Source: Candidatus Firestoneibacteriota bacterium
GTDB taxonomy: Bacteria; Oederibacteriota; D2-FULL-39-29; JBBTED01
Reading direction: 5' to 3'
NCBI GenBank assembly: GCA_038042445.1
Contig: JBBTED010000048.1
Location: forward strand, 3,663-67,662
Length of the DNA stretch: 64,000 nt
This document shows positions 39,471-49,703 of the stretch, one piece after another. Numbering within the stretch: the first letter of the stretch is position 1; each line of letters opens with the position of its first letter. A program made the position numbers and the translations under genes. The notes beneath the pieces are model-generated. The model worked only from the letters and a program-made list of their open reading frames with translations. It was not told the origin of the DNA and ran no database searches.

Positions 39471-40312
39471 TTCCTTAAAAACTGCACTGCTTTTTTTATG
39501 TCTTCCTGAGGATTATCGCCAACTTCACGTTCAATTGTAAAATATCCTTTATATCCAATTTTATTCAATGCTTCTATATATTTATCAAAATTCACATTTC
39601 CTTCTCCTAATGGTTTTTCCAAAAAATAATCGCTTATTCTTAAATCTTCTATGCCTCCCTGGGCAAAATAGTCATAAATTCTTTTTGGATCAGTTTTTTT
39701 AAACATAACCCCATCTTTAGCATGGGTATGAACAATATATTTTGACAAATTAAATACACCTTGCACAATATCTTCACCAATTACCATTACAAGATTTGCA
39801 GGATCATAATTCACCCCAATTCCAGGGGTATTTATTTTATCTAAAAATCTCTTTAATACTTCTGTTTTTTCAGGACCTGTTTCTATTGCAAAAACTACAC
39901 CTTTTTTTGATGCATAATCACCTAATTCTCTTGCAGCATCAAACATAATCTGCCAGCGTTCTTCTTTCTCGTTCTCTGGTATAACTCCTATATGTGTTGT
40001 AACAACTTTAGTATTAAAATCAACAGCTAAATCAACTATTTCTTTTGATCTTTTTATCTTCCATATATTGTCTTCTTTTTTTGCAAAACCATGCCCACCC
40101 AAATCACCACATAATGCACTTATTTCAAGTTTTTTTTCAGTTATATAATCAAATATTTCTTTTCGTTTAATTTGCGACAAATCCGGATTAAATTCATCTT
40201 TGACAGCAAATATCTGAATTCCATCAGCTCCCAATTCAGAAGCTTTGTCAATACCATCTTTTAAACCTAAACGAAATGATTCCACCATCACTCCAATTTT
40301 TAATTCTGCCAT
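39464..40312 (-). CDS. Sugar phosphate isomerase/epimerase (xylose-isomerase-like TIM barrel)
   Basis: AIETGPE, NYDPAN, HTHAKD, TIERE metal ligands. Confidence 0.85.
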   Translation of the reverse strand: MAELKIGVMVESFRLGLKDGIDKASELGADGIQIFAVKDEFNPDLSQIKRKEIFDYITEKKLEISALCGDLGGHGFAKKEDNIWKIKRSKEIVDLAVDFNTKVVTTHIGVIPENEKEERWQIMFDAARELGDYASKKGVVFAIETGPEKTEVLKRFLDKINTPGIGVNYDPANLVMVIGEDIVQGVFNLSKYIVHTHAKDGVMFKKTDPKRIYDYFAQGGIEDLRISDYFLEKPLGEGNVNFDKYIEALNKIGYKGYFTIEREVGDNPQEDIKKAVQFLRKW

Positions 40313-40415
40313 TTTTTTCCTCCATTTCTATTTTACATCATTTTTTAATTATATTACACTCTATTTTGAATATTTATGTAATGGGTCAGTGAAATAAAAC
40401 CATTGTTTTTAAAAA

Positions 40416-40436
40416 CGCTGATAAATCAGCAACTAC
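40416..40436. repeat. REP-like half element (type D)
   Basis: CGCTGATAAATCAGCAACTAC. Confidence 0.7.
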
Positions 40437-40444
40437 AACTAATT

Positions 40445-41983
40445 TTATGCACCAGCAATTCTTGGCATCCACATAGGCTCTTTTCCTATTTCAGCAAATA
40501 ATAATTTCGTGATTAAATCAGCTTTTAATTCAGCAAATTCTTTTTTATTCCATAAATTGTTTATTTCCTGTGGGTCTTTCTTTAAATCAAATATTTCTCC
40601 ATAATTCTGGTTGTAATAAACTGTAATTTTGTATCTGTCATTTACATAAGTTTTAAGATGTATGGATGTTGGCTCATGATGATTTTCTACTATGATATGG
40701 TCCCTGATTTTATCTCTTTTCCCAAACCATACGTCTTTCTGGTTTATACCTGTCATACTTCCAGGAATATCGATTTTGCATATACTTAAAAATGTTGGAG
40801 CAAGATCTACTAAAGACTGTAATGCCAAAGATTCTTTTTTGGCAGAAACTTTTTCAGGATACCTGACTATAAACGGAATTTTTATCATATCTTCATAATG
40901 AAAAGGACCTTTGTGAATAAACCCATGTTGTCCAAAAAAATGACCATGATCTGTTGTAAAAACAACTACAGTATTTTCTGCTAACCCCAATTTATCTAAT
41001 TTATTTAAAATCCTGCCTATATATTTATCCATAAGACTAATCATTGCATAATAAACAGATATATCTTTAGCAAGTTCTTTTTCACTGTGCAAGTGTGGAT
41101 AAAATCCATGTATACTATATCCACTTTCTTTCCACTGGGAAAAGTTTGGATTATCTACATCAAAAGTTCCTTCAGGATTTTTTTTCTGGGTTAATTTAAA
41201 ATGTGGAGGGTTATTCTTATGTTCTCCTGGTGTAATATGTGGCACTGTTATTTTTTCCGGAGAATACATCGTATCCCATGGCTCAGGCACTAAATATTTA
41301 GGATGTGGGTCAAAAAAACTTGCCCATAAAAAGAAGTTTTCATTATTTTTATGATATTTTTCTAATAATGTATTTGTCCTTTCTGCAATCCATGTATTAT
41401 AATGATATTTCTCTGGAATAAGCCATTTGTGTTTCTGTTTATCATTATTCCCTGTAGGAGTCTGAAAATAATCTTTCCAGTTTTTACAGCCTTTTTCTTC
41501 CATCCATATAGCATAATGTTGTCCAACAAGTGCTTCATCTGTATGATTACGAGCAAGTTCTACATTTTCAAACCCATAAAATGGGCCATTAAATTTTTTC
41601 CAGAATTTAAGATTCTGTAGAATTGGATATGATTCTAATGATGTAAATTCTTTTGTACTCGCAGCAGGTTGAAAATGTGCTTTTCCAATTAAAGCAGTTC
41701 TGTAACCTGCTTTAGAAAAATCTTCACCAACAGTATGTTCTGTTTCAGGAAGTTTAGTACCTAATGTCCACGCCCCATGCTGGCTTGGATATTTACCTGT
41801 AATAATAGAAGCTCTTGCTGGTGTGCAAGTTGGATTCGGACAATAAGCACGTGTAAATATTGTTCCTTGTTTTGCTAAATTGTCTAAATTAGGAGTTTTA
41901 ATCTGTTTGTTAAAATACCCTAATGTATTCCAGTGTTGCTGGTCACTGGTTATAAGTAAAATATTAGGCCTTTTTTTTTTCAT
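40445..41983 (-). CDS. Sulfatase (S1 family, Cys-type)
   Basis: PNILLITSDQ, CTPARAS, GKAH, TTDHG, HKG. Confidence 0.93.
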   Translation of the reverse strand: MKKKRPNILLITSDQQHWNTLGYFNKQIKTPNLDNLAKQGTIFTRAYCPNPTCTPARASIITGKYPSQHGAWTLGTKLPETEHTVGEDFSKAGYRTALIGKAHFQPAASTKEFTSLESYPILQNLKFWKKFNGPFYGFENVELARNHTDEALVGQHYAIWMEEKGCKNWKDYFQTPTGNNDKQKHKWLIPEKYHYNTWIAERTNTLLEKYHKNNENFFLWASFFDPHPKYLVPEPWDTMYSPEKITVPHITPGEHKNNPPHFKLTQKKNPEGTFDVDNPNFSQWKESGYSIHGFYPHLHSEKELAKDISVYYAMISLMDKYIGRILNKLDKLGLAENTVVVFTTDHGHFFGQHGFIHKGPFHYEDMIKIPFIVRYPEKVSAKKESLALQSLVDLAPTFLSICKIDIPGSMTGINQKDVWFGKRDKIRDHIIVENHHEPTSIHLKTYVNDRYKITVYYNQNYGEIFDLKKDPQEINNLWNKKEFAELKADLITKLLFAEIGKEPMWMPRIAGA

Positions 41984-41990
41984 CTTATTT

Positions 41991-43607
41991 TTACAATTTT
42001 TCTTTTGTTATTTTGTTAATAATTTCATCTACATTGTGCAAACCATTTTTTTTGCAGTTTTTTCTCCATGCTTCAAGATCTAATTGGTGTAATTTTACAA
42101 TTTTTTCTTTTTTTACTGCCTTAAATACTTCATCAAAAAAATTGTTCATTCTATTTTTTTCATTTTCATCAGTAATTTTAAACTGGAAAATCGGAAATTG
42201 TGCATTTCTCTGTTTTGTAATATTTAAAGTTTTTAATTTCAGAAATTTATTATTATAAACATAATTTTCAAGTCCGTATTTCTTTTCATATTCCATTAGT
42301 TTGCTTTTTAACTTATTTTTTATCCCAATAATTCCATTTGTATTTCCGGTGAGTAACAAATTTATAGTTTCATGAGGGTCTTTTTCCATATCAAATAATT
42401 CCTCGTAACCGCCACCATAATAGTAATTATATTTATATCTATTATCTCTTAAGCTAATCCATCTGTTACTTTTATTTCCATTTTCAATATATTGATAATT
42501 CCTATTTTTTATACCTTTTTCTTTTAATATAGATTCACCTGGGAGTTTATTTTCTCCAGGATATTTTATATCTGTTATATCAAGAATTGTTGGAAGTATA
42601 TCAGTTAAATCAATAAAATCATTCCTTGTAGTATTTGGTTTAAATTTTTTTGGGTAACGGATAATAAATGGTATTTTTGTACAACCATCATACGGAAGCA
42701 TTTTTTGGGACAAACCATAATCACCTAATAATTCTCCATGGTCACTTGTAAAAATTATGAGTGTGTTATCAAGCTCACCTATTTCTTCAAGTGTGCCAAG
42801 TATTTTCCCTATATTCTTATCAACCAAACTAATCGCACTATAATAAACTTGTCTCATTCTTTTAAGATATTTTTCATCTGGCAAATCTGCATAAAATTTG
42901 TTGCGATGTGCTAATGGTGATACTGGTGTTTTTGATATATATGGTTTAGGAATATCAACACAGTTATATAAATCTGCAAAAGTATCAGGCACATCAAATG
43001 GCGGATGTGGAGCAAGCCAGCCAGCCCATAAAAAAAATGGATGTCTCCCTTTATTAGTTTTAATGAAATCAACTGTTCTATCTCCTACCCAGGTAGAACC
43101 ATGATGTTTCTCAGGAATAAGTGACCTTTGAGGCAATAAACAAAGAAGATTTCTTACACCATGTATATTTTGAATATTACCTAATCCTACATTCTTTAAA
43201 TACATTGCATATTCATCTCTTTCCCTGTAAGAAACTATTTCTTCCATCAGCTCCATTTTATCAAATCCATTGTGCCTGCGTGGTGGACGAAAATGCATTT
43301 TACCGATTGCTCTTGTCTCGTACCAATTATCAGATAAAATACGCGGTATTGTAGGCAAAAGGTGTGTAAATGGCATATTGGAATTATCAGCATAACCGTG
43401 TTGTCTTGCATAAAAACCAGTTAAAACATTATGTCTCGCAGGAATACACACAGGATTTGATGTATATGCATTTGTAAATACTACTCCTTCTTTTACTAAC
43501 CTATCTAAATTTGGTGTTTTCACATATGAAAACCCACAGGCATTTATAGTATCAAATCTCTGTTGGTCAGTAAATAATAACAATATATTCGGTTTCTTTT
43601 TATTCAT
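41991..43607 (-). CDS. Sulfatase (S1 family, Cys-type)
   Basis: PNILLLFTDQQ, CIPARH, GKMH, TSDHG. Confidence 0.93.
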   Translation of the reverse strand: MNKKKPNILLLFTDQQRFDTINACGFSYVKTPNLDRLVKEGVVFTNAYTSNPVCIPARHNVLTGFYARQHGYADNSNMPFTHLLPTIPRILSDNWYETRAIGKMHFRPPRRHNGFDKMELMEEIVSYRERDEYAMYLKNVGLGNIQNIHGVRNLLCLLPQRSLIPEKHHGSTWVGDRTVDFIKTNKGRHPFFLWAGWLAPHPPFDVPDTFADLYNCVDIPKPYISKTPVSPLAHRNKFYADLPDEKYLKRMRQVYYSAISLVDKNIGKILGTLEEIGELDNTLIIFTSDHGELLGDYGLSQKMLPYDGCTKIPFIIRYPKKFKPNTTRNDFIDLTDILPTILDITDIKYPGENKLPGESILKEKGIKNRNYQYIENGNKSNRWISLRDNRYKYNYYYGGGYEELFDMEKDPHETINLLLTGNTNGIIGIKNKLKSKLMEYEKKYGLENYVYNNKFLKLKTLNITKQRNAQFPIFQFKITDENEKNRMNNFFDEVFKAVKKEKIVKLHQLDLEAWRKNCKKNGLHNVDEIINKITKEKL

Positions 43608-43619
43608 TTTAATTTTTAC

Positions 43620-46600
43620 TTATTTTATATATTCTATTGCACCTATGTCACGGGATTTACCTTCCATTTTCTGACCATAAAAATCTTTCAGAAATGGTCC
43701 ATTAAATTCCCAATCATATAACTCTTCTATATTTGTTTCTGCTTCTTTTAATGTCCCTCGTGATACTCTCAAGAAATCCATACTGCCTTTAAAATACCCT
43801 ATTTCTTCATTCCCTTTTCCTACCGTAAATTCTCCTGTATTACTTATATCATCTTTTATCATTTCTCCTGCAAAACTACCATTGCTAAGTTTACCATCTA
43901 TATATATATTTATCCCGTCTTTTTTATTCCTGTCTACTTCTGAAATAATATGGTGCCATTTATTATCACTAATGACTTTTTCACTAATTCTAAAACAATT
44001 ATTTGTCCCAGATTTAATCACCATTTTTATCCTGCCTTCATCTAATACCATATCATAACCTTTATCATTGTCTATTTTATTTACTATTTCACATTTTGTT
44101 GTTTTATTTTCAATTCTCAAAACAATCTCTATCAGAAAATTATTTATATCCATATCAAGTCCTTTACATTTATCTGCATCTATTTTCCAATATTTCTCTT
44201 TACCGTCAAATCTAAAGCTTCCATTTACCCAATTTTCTAATACTCCTTCTTCAAAATCTTCTTCTTTAATATCATCCCCCTGTAGATTATAACGAGGAGC
44301 ACATCCTTCACGTACTTTTTCTATGTTTATCCACTCTTTATTCCAGTTAATATGTTCATCTAAATTTGTATTTATATCTGCTGGATATTTGTAAAATCCC
44401 CATTCTCCTACTACTTTATACAATCCCCATGGAACAAATACTTTCTTGGCTTTATCTATACATATAGATTTCTCTCTTAATCTAAAATCATGATTCTTTG
44501 CATCTTTTACTTGTTCCAGCTCTACTTCTTCTCCTACTTCACTTGCTATGACTTTTTGCTTTTCAAGAAATTTTTTGAACTCATCTAATGTTTTATAATC
44601 ACTACCAGCAGGTAACTGCGAAAACATATTCTTATTTGTGTGCTTATTAAATACATTTCCAGCATATCCAAGTGATGTCATTTCTACATTTTCATATGGT
44701 TCCTGTGATATATATCGTTCACCTATGTCTATAAATAAATTATTTAAATAATAACATCTGTTGTGCATCTGCATACCCTTATGTATCCCTACTGCACAAT
44801 TATACATTGTATTGTTAAAAATAATGTTCATAAATCCTTCTGCTTCATTAAATGCTGCTGCATTATACACAAAATCATTTTCATTATTATTGTTACCCCA
44901 CAGAATGTTATTGAATACATATTGTTTAAATCCATTATCAAGATACATTGCAGGTCCCCAACAACCTGTTCTATACCAGTCTTTCTTATTTGCAAATTGC
45001 TTTTTATCTGCATATTTCATACCAATTGCATTTCCTGATATATTATTATAAACATAAGCAGGGCCACCTAACCATGATGCTATACCACCATAATCCTCAC
45101 TTGCCAACATACTATTTGTGACTATATTGTTAAATATAAATGTCCGCATTAATGAGTAATCATTGCCATAGAAAAGGTGCCCGTTACCTTCCCAATAAAA
45201 ACCTGGCGTAACTATAATACCCTGACCATATACATAATTTACTATATTGTGAGATACTTCTACCATCTCTGCATCTCTTATTCCTATTGCTCCATTAGGA
45301 TTCCAATCTAAATTTCTTGAAGCACAATTATTAATTTTATTATTGCTAACCTGGATATGTTTTATACGGGAGTGTCCTGGAAAACATTTAACTATTTTTA
45401 ATCTTCTTAAATCCCACATCCCTTCTGTTAAGTTGCAATTTATAGCATTATCTTCCATATTGCTTATTTTGTTGTGATTGATTTTGAAATTATCAAGTAA
45501 TTGTACTTCTTCAACATTTGGATCAGGATAAAATGAAACACCTTGTCCTGAATACTCAATATTACATTCCAAAATTGATATGTTTGATGAATTACCTGTA
45601 ATCCGAAATACTGAATTGTAATGCATTGGATTTCGTGCTTTAAATTTATCCCGGATATTCATACGATTGAAAAATTTTAAATTCAATCCCTGAACTGTTA
45701 TATTACTCTTATTTTTAACATCTAAAAAACTGTAATACTTCGCTAATTCAATAATAGAATCATTGGGATCGCGTTCTCCTTTTAATCTGATATATATTCT
45801 ACCTTTATGTTCACCCTCATTAACATAACACCATTCATTTTCAGTATCTAATAATTGGGGTAATCCTTCTATAAAATAACGACAATATTGCCTATCTACC
45901 ATTTGCAGCAACCGTAGTGAAGCAATACAACTTATTTCATTTCTTTGTGAAGTATAGTTTTCAATAACGTCTGCTTGTAGCAGAATTGAACTTGGAATTG
46001 GTTCAGACCACATAACTCCATTTTTCCAATAATTAGAACCAGGTTGAGTTAAATGCATTTTATCTTGTAATTTTATCGTCTCATTTGGAATAACATCTAA
46101 AACACTATGTGTCTGTTTACCATTGGTTATTTTAGTATTTTTTTCAAATTCACCTTTTTTGGGTTTGCTAATATTAATTACAATAAAGTTTGTGCCTTTA
46201 TCTATTATTGTATTTATTCCTTCTGTTATATTTAGTTTATCTTCTTCTTTATCTATCCACTTCCCTTTTCCCTGAACAAGTTCACCTATTTCAAAATCAT
46301 CAACACTATCTAATATTAATTTTACTTCATACACCTGTCCTGTCCATTCCCACCAATGCTCTCTTGGATTATCTGCATTAGTTATTTCCCAATTAGGTGA
46401 CCTCGCTATATTAAGTTTGATTGTCTCGTCTTTTTGCAATTCATACAACATCATAGGAACATAGCTAATATTAAAATCCTGATACCATGTCTTATCTACC
46501 ACCTCTTTTGCAATTTCAGGGCACTCTGTCCCACTGCATTTTTTCCAACCTCCAATTATTCTTTCTGAACCAAATATATAAGCTTCTCCCTTTCCCCAAT

Positions 46601-46940
46601 TTGGATCTATACTTAAAGTTATAGGTTTATTTGTTTCACCTGAATCCTTTGCTATTAAAGTTCCACGATATGTAATTCCTTTTTTGAAATAATACGTGTG
46701 CGATCCACTTGTTGTTTTTGCATTATCAGTAACATCAATATCCCACGGATGATGTTTAAAAGGCGCATCTTTTGTTCCTGAATTTGCATCATTACCACTT
46801 TCAAAATCAATATAATACACTTCACTATTTGCAATAAAAGGTAATAAAACAACAAAAAATAATTGAATAATTATTACTATACAAAACACGATCCAAACTT
46901 TGTTTGGGTACCCCGGTTTATTTTCAATGCTTTTACCCAT
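43620..46940 (-). CDS. Large exported protein: right-handed beta-helix plus LamG-like domain (putative glycan-acting)
   Basis: N-terminal hydrophobic helix; YYIDFESGNDANSGTKDAPF; Asn-ladder repeats; KWHHI..IYIDG..YFKGSMD. Confidence 0.65.
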   Translation of the reverse strand: MGKSIENKPGYPNKVWIVFCIVIIIQLFFVVLLPFIANSEVYYIDFESGNDANSGTKDAPFKHHPWDIDVTDNAKTTSGSHTYYFKKGITYRGTLIAKDSGETNKPITLSIDPNWGKGEAYIFGSERIIGGWKKCSGTECPEIAKEVVDKTWYQDFNISYVPMMLYELQKDETIKLNIARSPNWEITNADNPREHWWEWTGQVYEVKLILDSVDDFEIGELVQGKGKWIDKEEDKLNITEGINTIIDKGTNFIVINISKPKKGEFEKNTKITNGKQTHSVLDVIPNETIKLQDKMHLTQPGSNYWKNGVMWSEPIPSSILLQADVIENYTSQRNEISCIASLRLLQMVDRQYCRYFIEGLPQLLDTENEWCYVNEGEHKGRIYIRLKGERDPNDSIIELAKYYSFLDVKNKSNITVQGLNLKFFNRMNIRDKFKARNPMHYNSVFRITGNSSNISILECNIEYSGQGVSFYPDPNVEEVQLLDNFKINHNKISNMEDNAINCNLTEGMWDLRRLKIVKCFPGHSRIKHIQVSNNKINNCASRNLDWNPNGAIGIRDAEMVEVSHNIVNYVYGQGIIVTPGFYWEGNGHLFYGNDYSLMRTFIFNNIVTNSMLASEDYGGIASWLGGPAYVYNNISGNAIGMKYADKKQFANKKDWYRTGCWGPAMYLDNGFKQYVFNNILWGNNNNENDFVYNAAAFNEAEGFMNIIFNNTMYNCAVGIHKGMQMHNRCYYLNNLFIDIGERYISQEPYENVEMTSLGYAGNVFNKHTNKNMFSQLPAGSDYKTLDEFKKFLEKQKVIASEVGEEVELEQVKDAKNHDFRLREKSICIDKAKKVFVPWGLYKVVGEWGFYKYPADINTNLDEHINWNKEWINIEKVREGCAPRYNLQGDDIKEEDFEEGVLENWVNGSFRFDGKEKYWKIDADKCKGLDMDINNFLIEIVLRIENKTTKCEIVNKIDNDKGYDMVLDEGRIKMVIKSGTNNCFRISEKVISDNKWHHIISEVDRNKKDGINIYIDGKLSNGSFAGEMIKDDISNTGEFTVGKGNEEIGYFKGSMDFLRVSRGTLKEAETNIEELYDWEFNGPFLKDFYGQKMEGKSRDIGAIEYIK

Positions 46941-46971
46941 AAAAACCCTCCTTACTTATTCACAGTAAAAA

Positions 46972-47062
46972 CTTACTGAACACCGTCATTGCGAACGAAG
47001 TGAAGCAATCTGACCACCTTAAAATTATTGAGTATTTTCATTTGGAACTGGGTTCAGTGAAG
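46972..47062. mobile_element. MITE-like composite: ACTGAAC inverted ends enclosing a GTC-type REP arm
   Basis: CTTACTGAACACC-GTCATTGCGAACGAAGTGAAGCAATC...GGGTTCAGTGAAG; same left end at 62752. Confidence 0.55.
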
Positions 47063-47084
47063 ACTTACAACTCACAACACAATG

Positions 47085-47771
47085 TTATTTTCCTAAAGAT
47101 ATCATAACCTCGGTAATATAAATCCCTGATTGGGGTTTCTCATTACCAGCAAATTGAAAACTAATATTTGCTATACCAACTATTTCTTCTAAAGGTGGAC
47201 ACAATTCATCAAAAAATAATTCTAATGGAATAAGAACTTTCTGCCAGGTATCAGGATTATTATCTATAATCTCTCCTTCTAAATATTTGTCTATTCGTAT
47301 ACAATTAGGATTTTTACCTGATTTGTCTTTAGGTGTATATTTTGTATTATCACGTTTAAGAAATTCAAAACAAATCTGGATTTTTTGTCCTCCCTGAAAA
47401 TTCCCTGACACATTTTTCCCACCATTTATATAAAAATTTAATACGCCATTTTCCAAATAAGATTTTTTAAGCATTATTGCATTTGAAAATCCTTTAGAGT
47501 CTTTATCAAAAAAGCTTGAACCACTATAAACCTTTCCGGTCTCAGGATGAATATCAATCAGAAAAGATAAAGATGTCCCTTTTTTTACTATTTCCCTGTT
47601 TTCAGTTGTAATAGTTCCCCAGAATTTTGGGCCTGTAAATGTCCAGCCAGAAGCAAGCCCTGTTTCTCCAGAAATAATATACACATCACCCTGAGCTGAT
47701 ATATTTCCTGCTACAAAAAAAACTACCAGTATTCCTACTACTACTTTTACTTTTGCAGACATATAGTTCAC
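47085..47771 (-). CDS. Exported hypothetical protein, possibly a carbohydrate-binding beta-sandwich
   Basis: Signal peptide; LNFYING..WQKVLIPLELF..ISFQF pattern. Confidence 0.5.
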   Translation of the reverse strand: MNYMSAKVKVVVGILVVFFVAGNISAQGDVYIISGETGLASGWTFTGPKFWGTITTENREIVKKGTSLSFLIDIHPETGKVYSGSSFFDKDSKGFSNAIMLKKSYLENGVLNFYINGGKNVSGNFQGGQKIQICFEFLKRDNTKYTPKDKSGKNPNCIRIDKYLEGEIIDNNPDTWQKVLIPLELFFDELCPPLEEIVGIANISFQFAGNEKPQSGIYITEVMISLGK

Positions 47772-47815
47772 CTCCTCGTGTAAATTTATGCGTATCTTAT
47801 AGATATTCTTGGTAG

Positions 47816-47950
47816 TACAGGGTCTTTAGACCATGTATATCCTTTATAATATTTCATCGTTTCCTACAGACAAATTGTTTATTCATTTTTTATTTATGAA
47901 TGGTCTAAAGACCATTCATTACCTGGCCCCTGAAACAAGTTCAGGGTGAC
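47816..47950. repeat. Degenerate REP-like hairpins
   Basis: GGTCTTTAGACC, ATGAATGGTCTAAAGACCATTCAT and CCCTGAAACAAGTTCAGGGTGAC. Confidence 0.6.
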
Positions 47951-47957
47951 AATATTG

Positions 47958-49022
47958 TCAAAAATCTGTTACTTCATCTATGCCATCCATAATCGCTGAA
48001 AAATTTTGTTTTCTACGCTCCTCTGGTACACTTTCTGTTATACCTATAATAAAACCATTTCCAGGAGATGCTTCTTCAATTAATTTTATAGTATTTTTTC
48101 GCACTTCTTCAACAGGTTTTAAATGCCATGCACTTGGATAATTTATCCATAATACTTTGTTTTGCCAGTATTTTTTAGCTTCTTTAACTGAAGGTCCAAT
48201 TCCAGCATCATAAGCTTCTATATAATCCAATTTTGTTTTAGCCACAGCAGACATAATAAGGGTATTATCTCCATCTAAATGTGTTCCAATTAATTTTCCT
48301 TTTTTATGCAACATTTCTGCAGCCTCATTGTAATTTGGCACATAATATTTTTCAAAGTTTTCTACTCCAATAATTTGTGGTGTAACATTACCGCCGTAAG
48401 CACAAATTTCAATAGGACTATTTGCAACAATAGGATATATTTTGCGAGCTATTACTAAAAGTGCTTCATACAATTTTAGAATTTCGTCTCTGTTGTCCAT
48501 CCACTCAATACAAAAAATTTCATCTTTCATATAAGAAGAACCAACTAAATTTTGCATTGGTTGTTGAGGTAGATTGTCAATTACAATAAAGTCTTCTCCT
48601 AAATCTTTAACTGATTTTTCTGCCTCGTCATAATTTGATTCTACAATAGTATCTTTGATAAAATAAAGTATTTTCTTGTAATCATCTGAACTCTTAAACA
48701 TTCCTTCATGTCTCCACGTAGTAAAACCAAATGGCTCTTCTAAAGTAGTTAAATCTCCATAAGGAGTAGTATAAATAGTTAATATTAAATCTTTACCATC
48801 ACTATCTTTATAATGTTTTGACTCTATTTTCACGTTTGGATGATGTATTTTATATGAACGTAAAAATCTTTCTACAATACAAAGACCTCTATTTCTCAAT
48901 TCTTTTTCACTTGTAGATTGTGAAATATGATGCCCCTTATAAATAGTAAATGGAATTTTGTCTGGTTTACCACTATGCAAAGCTGTCATTACTCTTTGAC
49001 GCGGAGTTATTTCTTTTGTCAT
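47958..49022 (-). CDS. Uroporphyrinogen-decarboxylase/MtaA-like TIM-barrel protein
   Basis: ITPRQRVMTALH.GKPDKIP; YKKILYFIKD; GTHLDG; IIGITE. Confidence 0.65.
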   Translation of the reverse strand: MTKEITPRQRVMTALHSGKPDKIPFTIYKGHHISQSTSEKELRNRGLCIVERFLRSYKIHHPNVKIESKHYKDSDGKDLILTIYTTPYGDLTTLEEPFGFTTWRHEGMFKSSDDYKKILYFIKDTIVESNYDEAEKSVKDLGEDFIVIDNLPQQPMQNLVGSSYMKDEIFCIEWMDNRDEILKLYEALLVIARKIYPIVANSPIEICAYGGNVTPQIIGVENFEKYYVPNYNEAAEMLHKKGKLIGTHLDGDNTLIMSAVAKTKLDYIEAYDAGIGPSVKEAKKYWQNKVLWINYPSAWHLKPVEEVRKNTIKLIEEASPGNGFIIGITESVPEERRKQNFSAIMDGIDEVTDF

Positions 49023-49046
49023 AATTATTTTACCTTTCTTATTTAC

Positions 49047-49703
49047 CTACCACATAGTCTTTTTGTAAAGAACAACACTTGACTTTGAAACAGTAGGAGT
49101 AGTGGAAAAATTGTTTCTACTACAAACTTCTTGCCACCAATCTATGTGATCTTTAGAAGTGATAAGTTGAATATAAGCATTAGCTGGCATTTCAGTTTGC
49201 ATAAAAAAATTAAGTATTTTATACTTTAGTTCTTTTTGCAATTCAGAGTATTTTTTTTCGTTGTAAAGATTATTCCATTCCAAAGGATCTTTCTTTAAAT
49301 CATACAGCTCACCAGTAAATGGTTTTCCTGACATTTGTGTAAATTTAGAAGATGGAAGTGTTAATTTATACCTTTTTGTTCTCACAGTTTTTGAAAATAA
49401 CCATTCAGAAAATATCCCTTCTTTTCCAGATACCAAACCGCCATCTGCCAACAACATAGGCAATAAACTTTTTCCCTGAACCATTGTCACTACAAAGTTT
49501 TCCTGTCTTGTTGGATAACTTACAGGAATTGGAATGTCTACAACTTCACAAATAGTTGGAAATATATCAATGCTTTCAACTAATTGATGCCGGACCTCTC
49601 CTTTTACAAATTTTTTTGGAAATTTTAAAATCATAGGAATTTTTATTATTGCATCATAGTTAAATCTTTTTATACATTGATTGGTTGTTAGATGTTTATC
49701 CAT
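49047..49703 (-). pseudogene. C-terminal sulfatase fragment
   Basis: YDAIIKIPMI, LVESIDIFPTI, GELYDLKKDPLEWNNL present; N-terminal CxPxR domain absent; overlaps the upstream gene end. Confidence 0.65.

Noticed and set aside
41093-41103. TGTGGATAA DnaA-box match
   Set aside because: An isolated copy inside a sulfatase coding region; no cluster or unwinding element.
41971-41980. A10 tract right after the sulfatase ATG as a phase-variation switch
   Set aside because: Lys-rich AAA starts are common in AT-rich genomes, the gene is in frame, and there is no evidence of variation.
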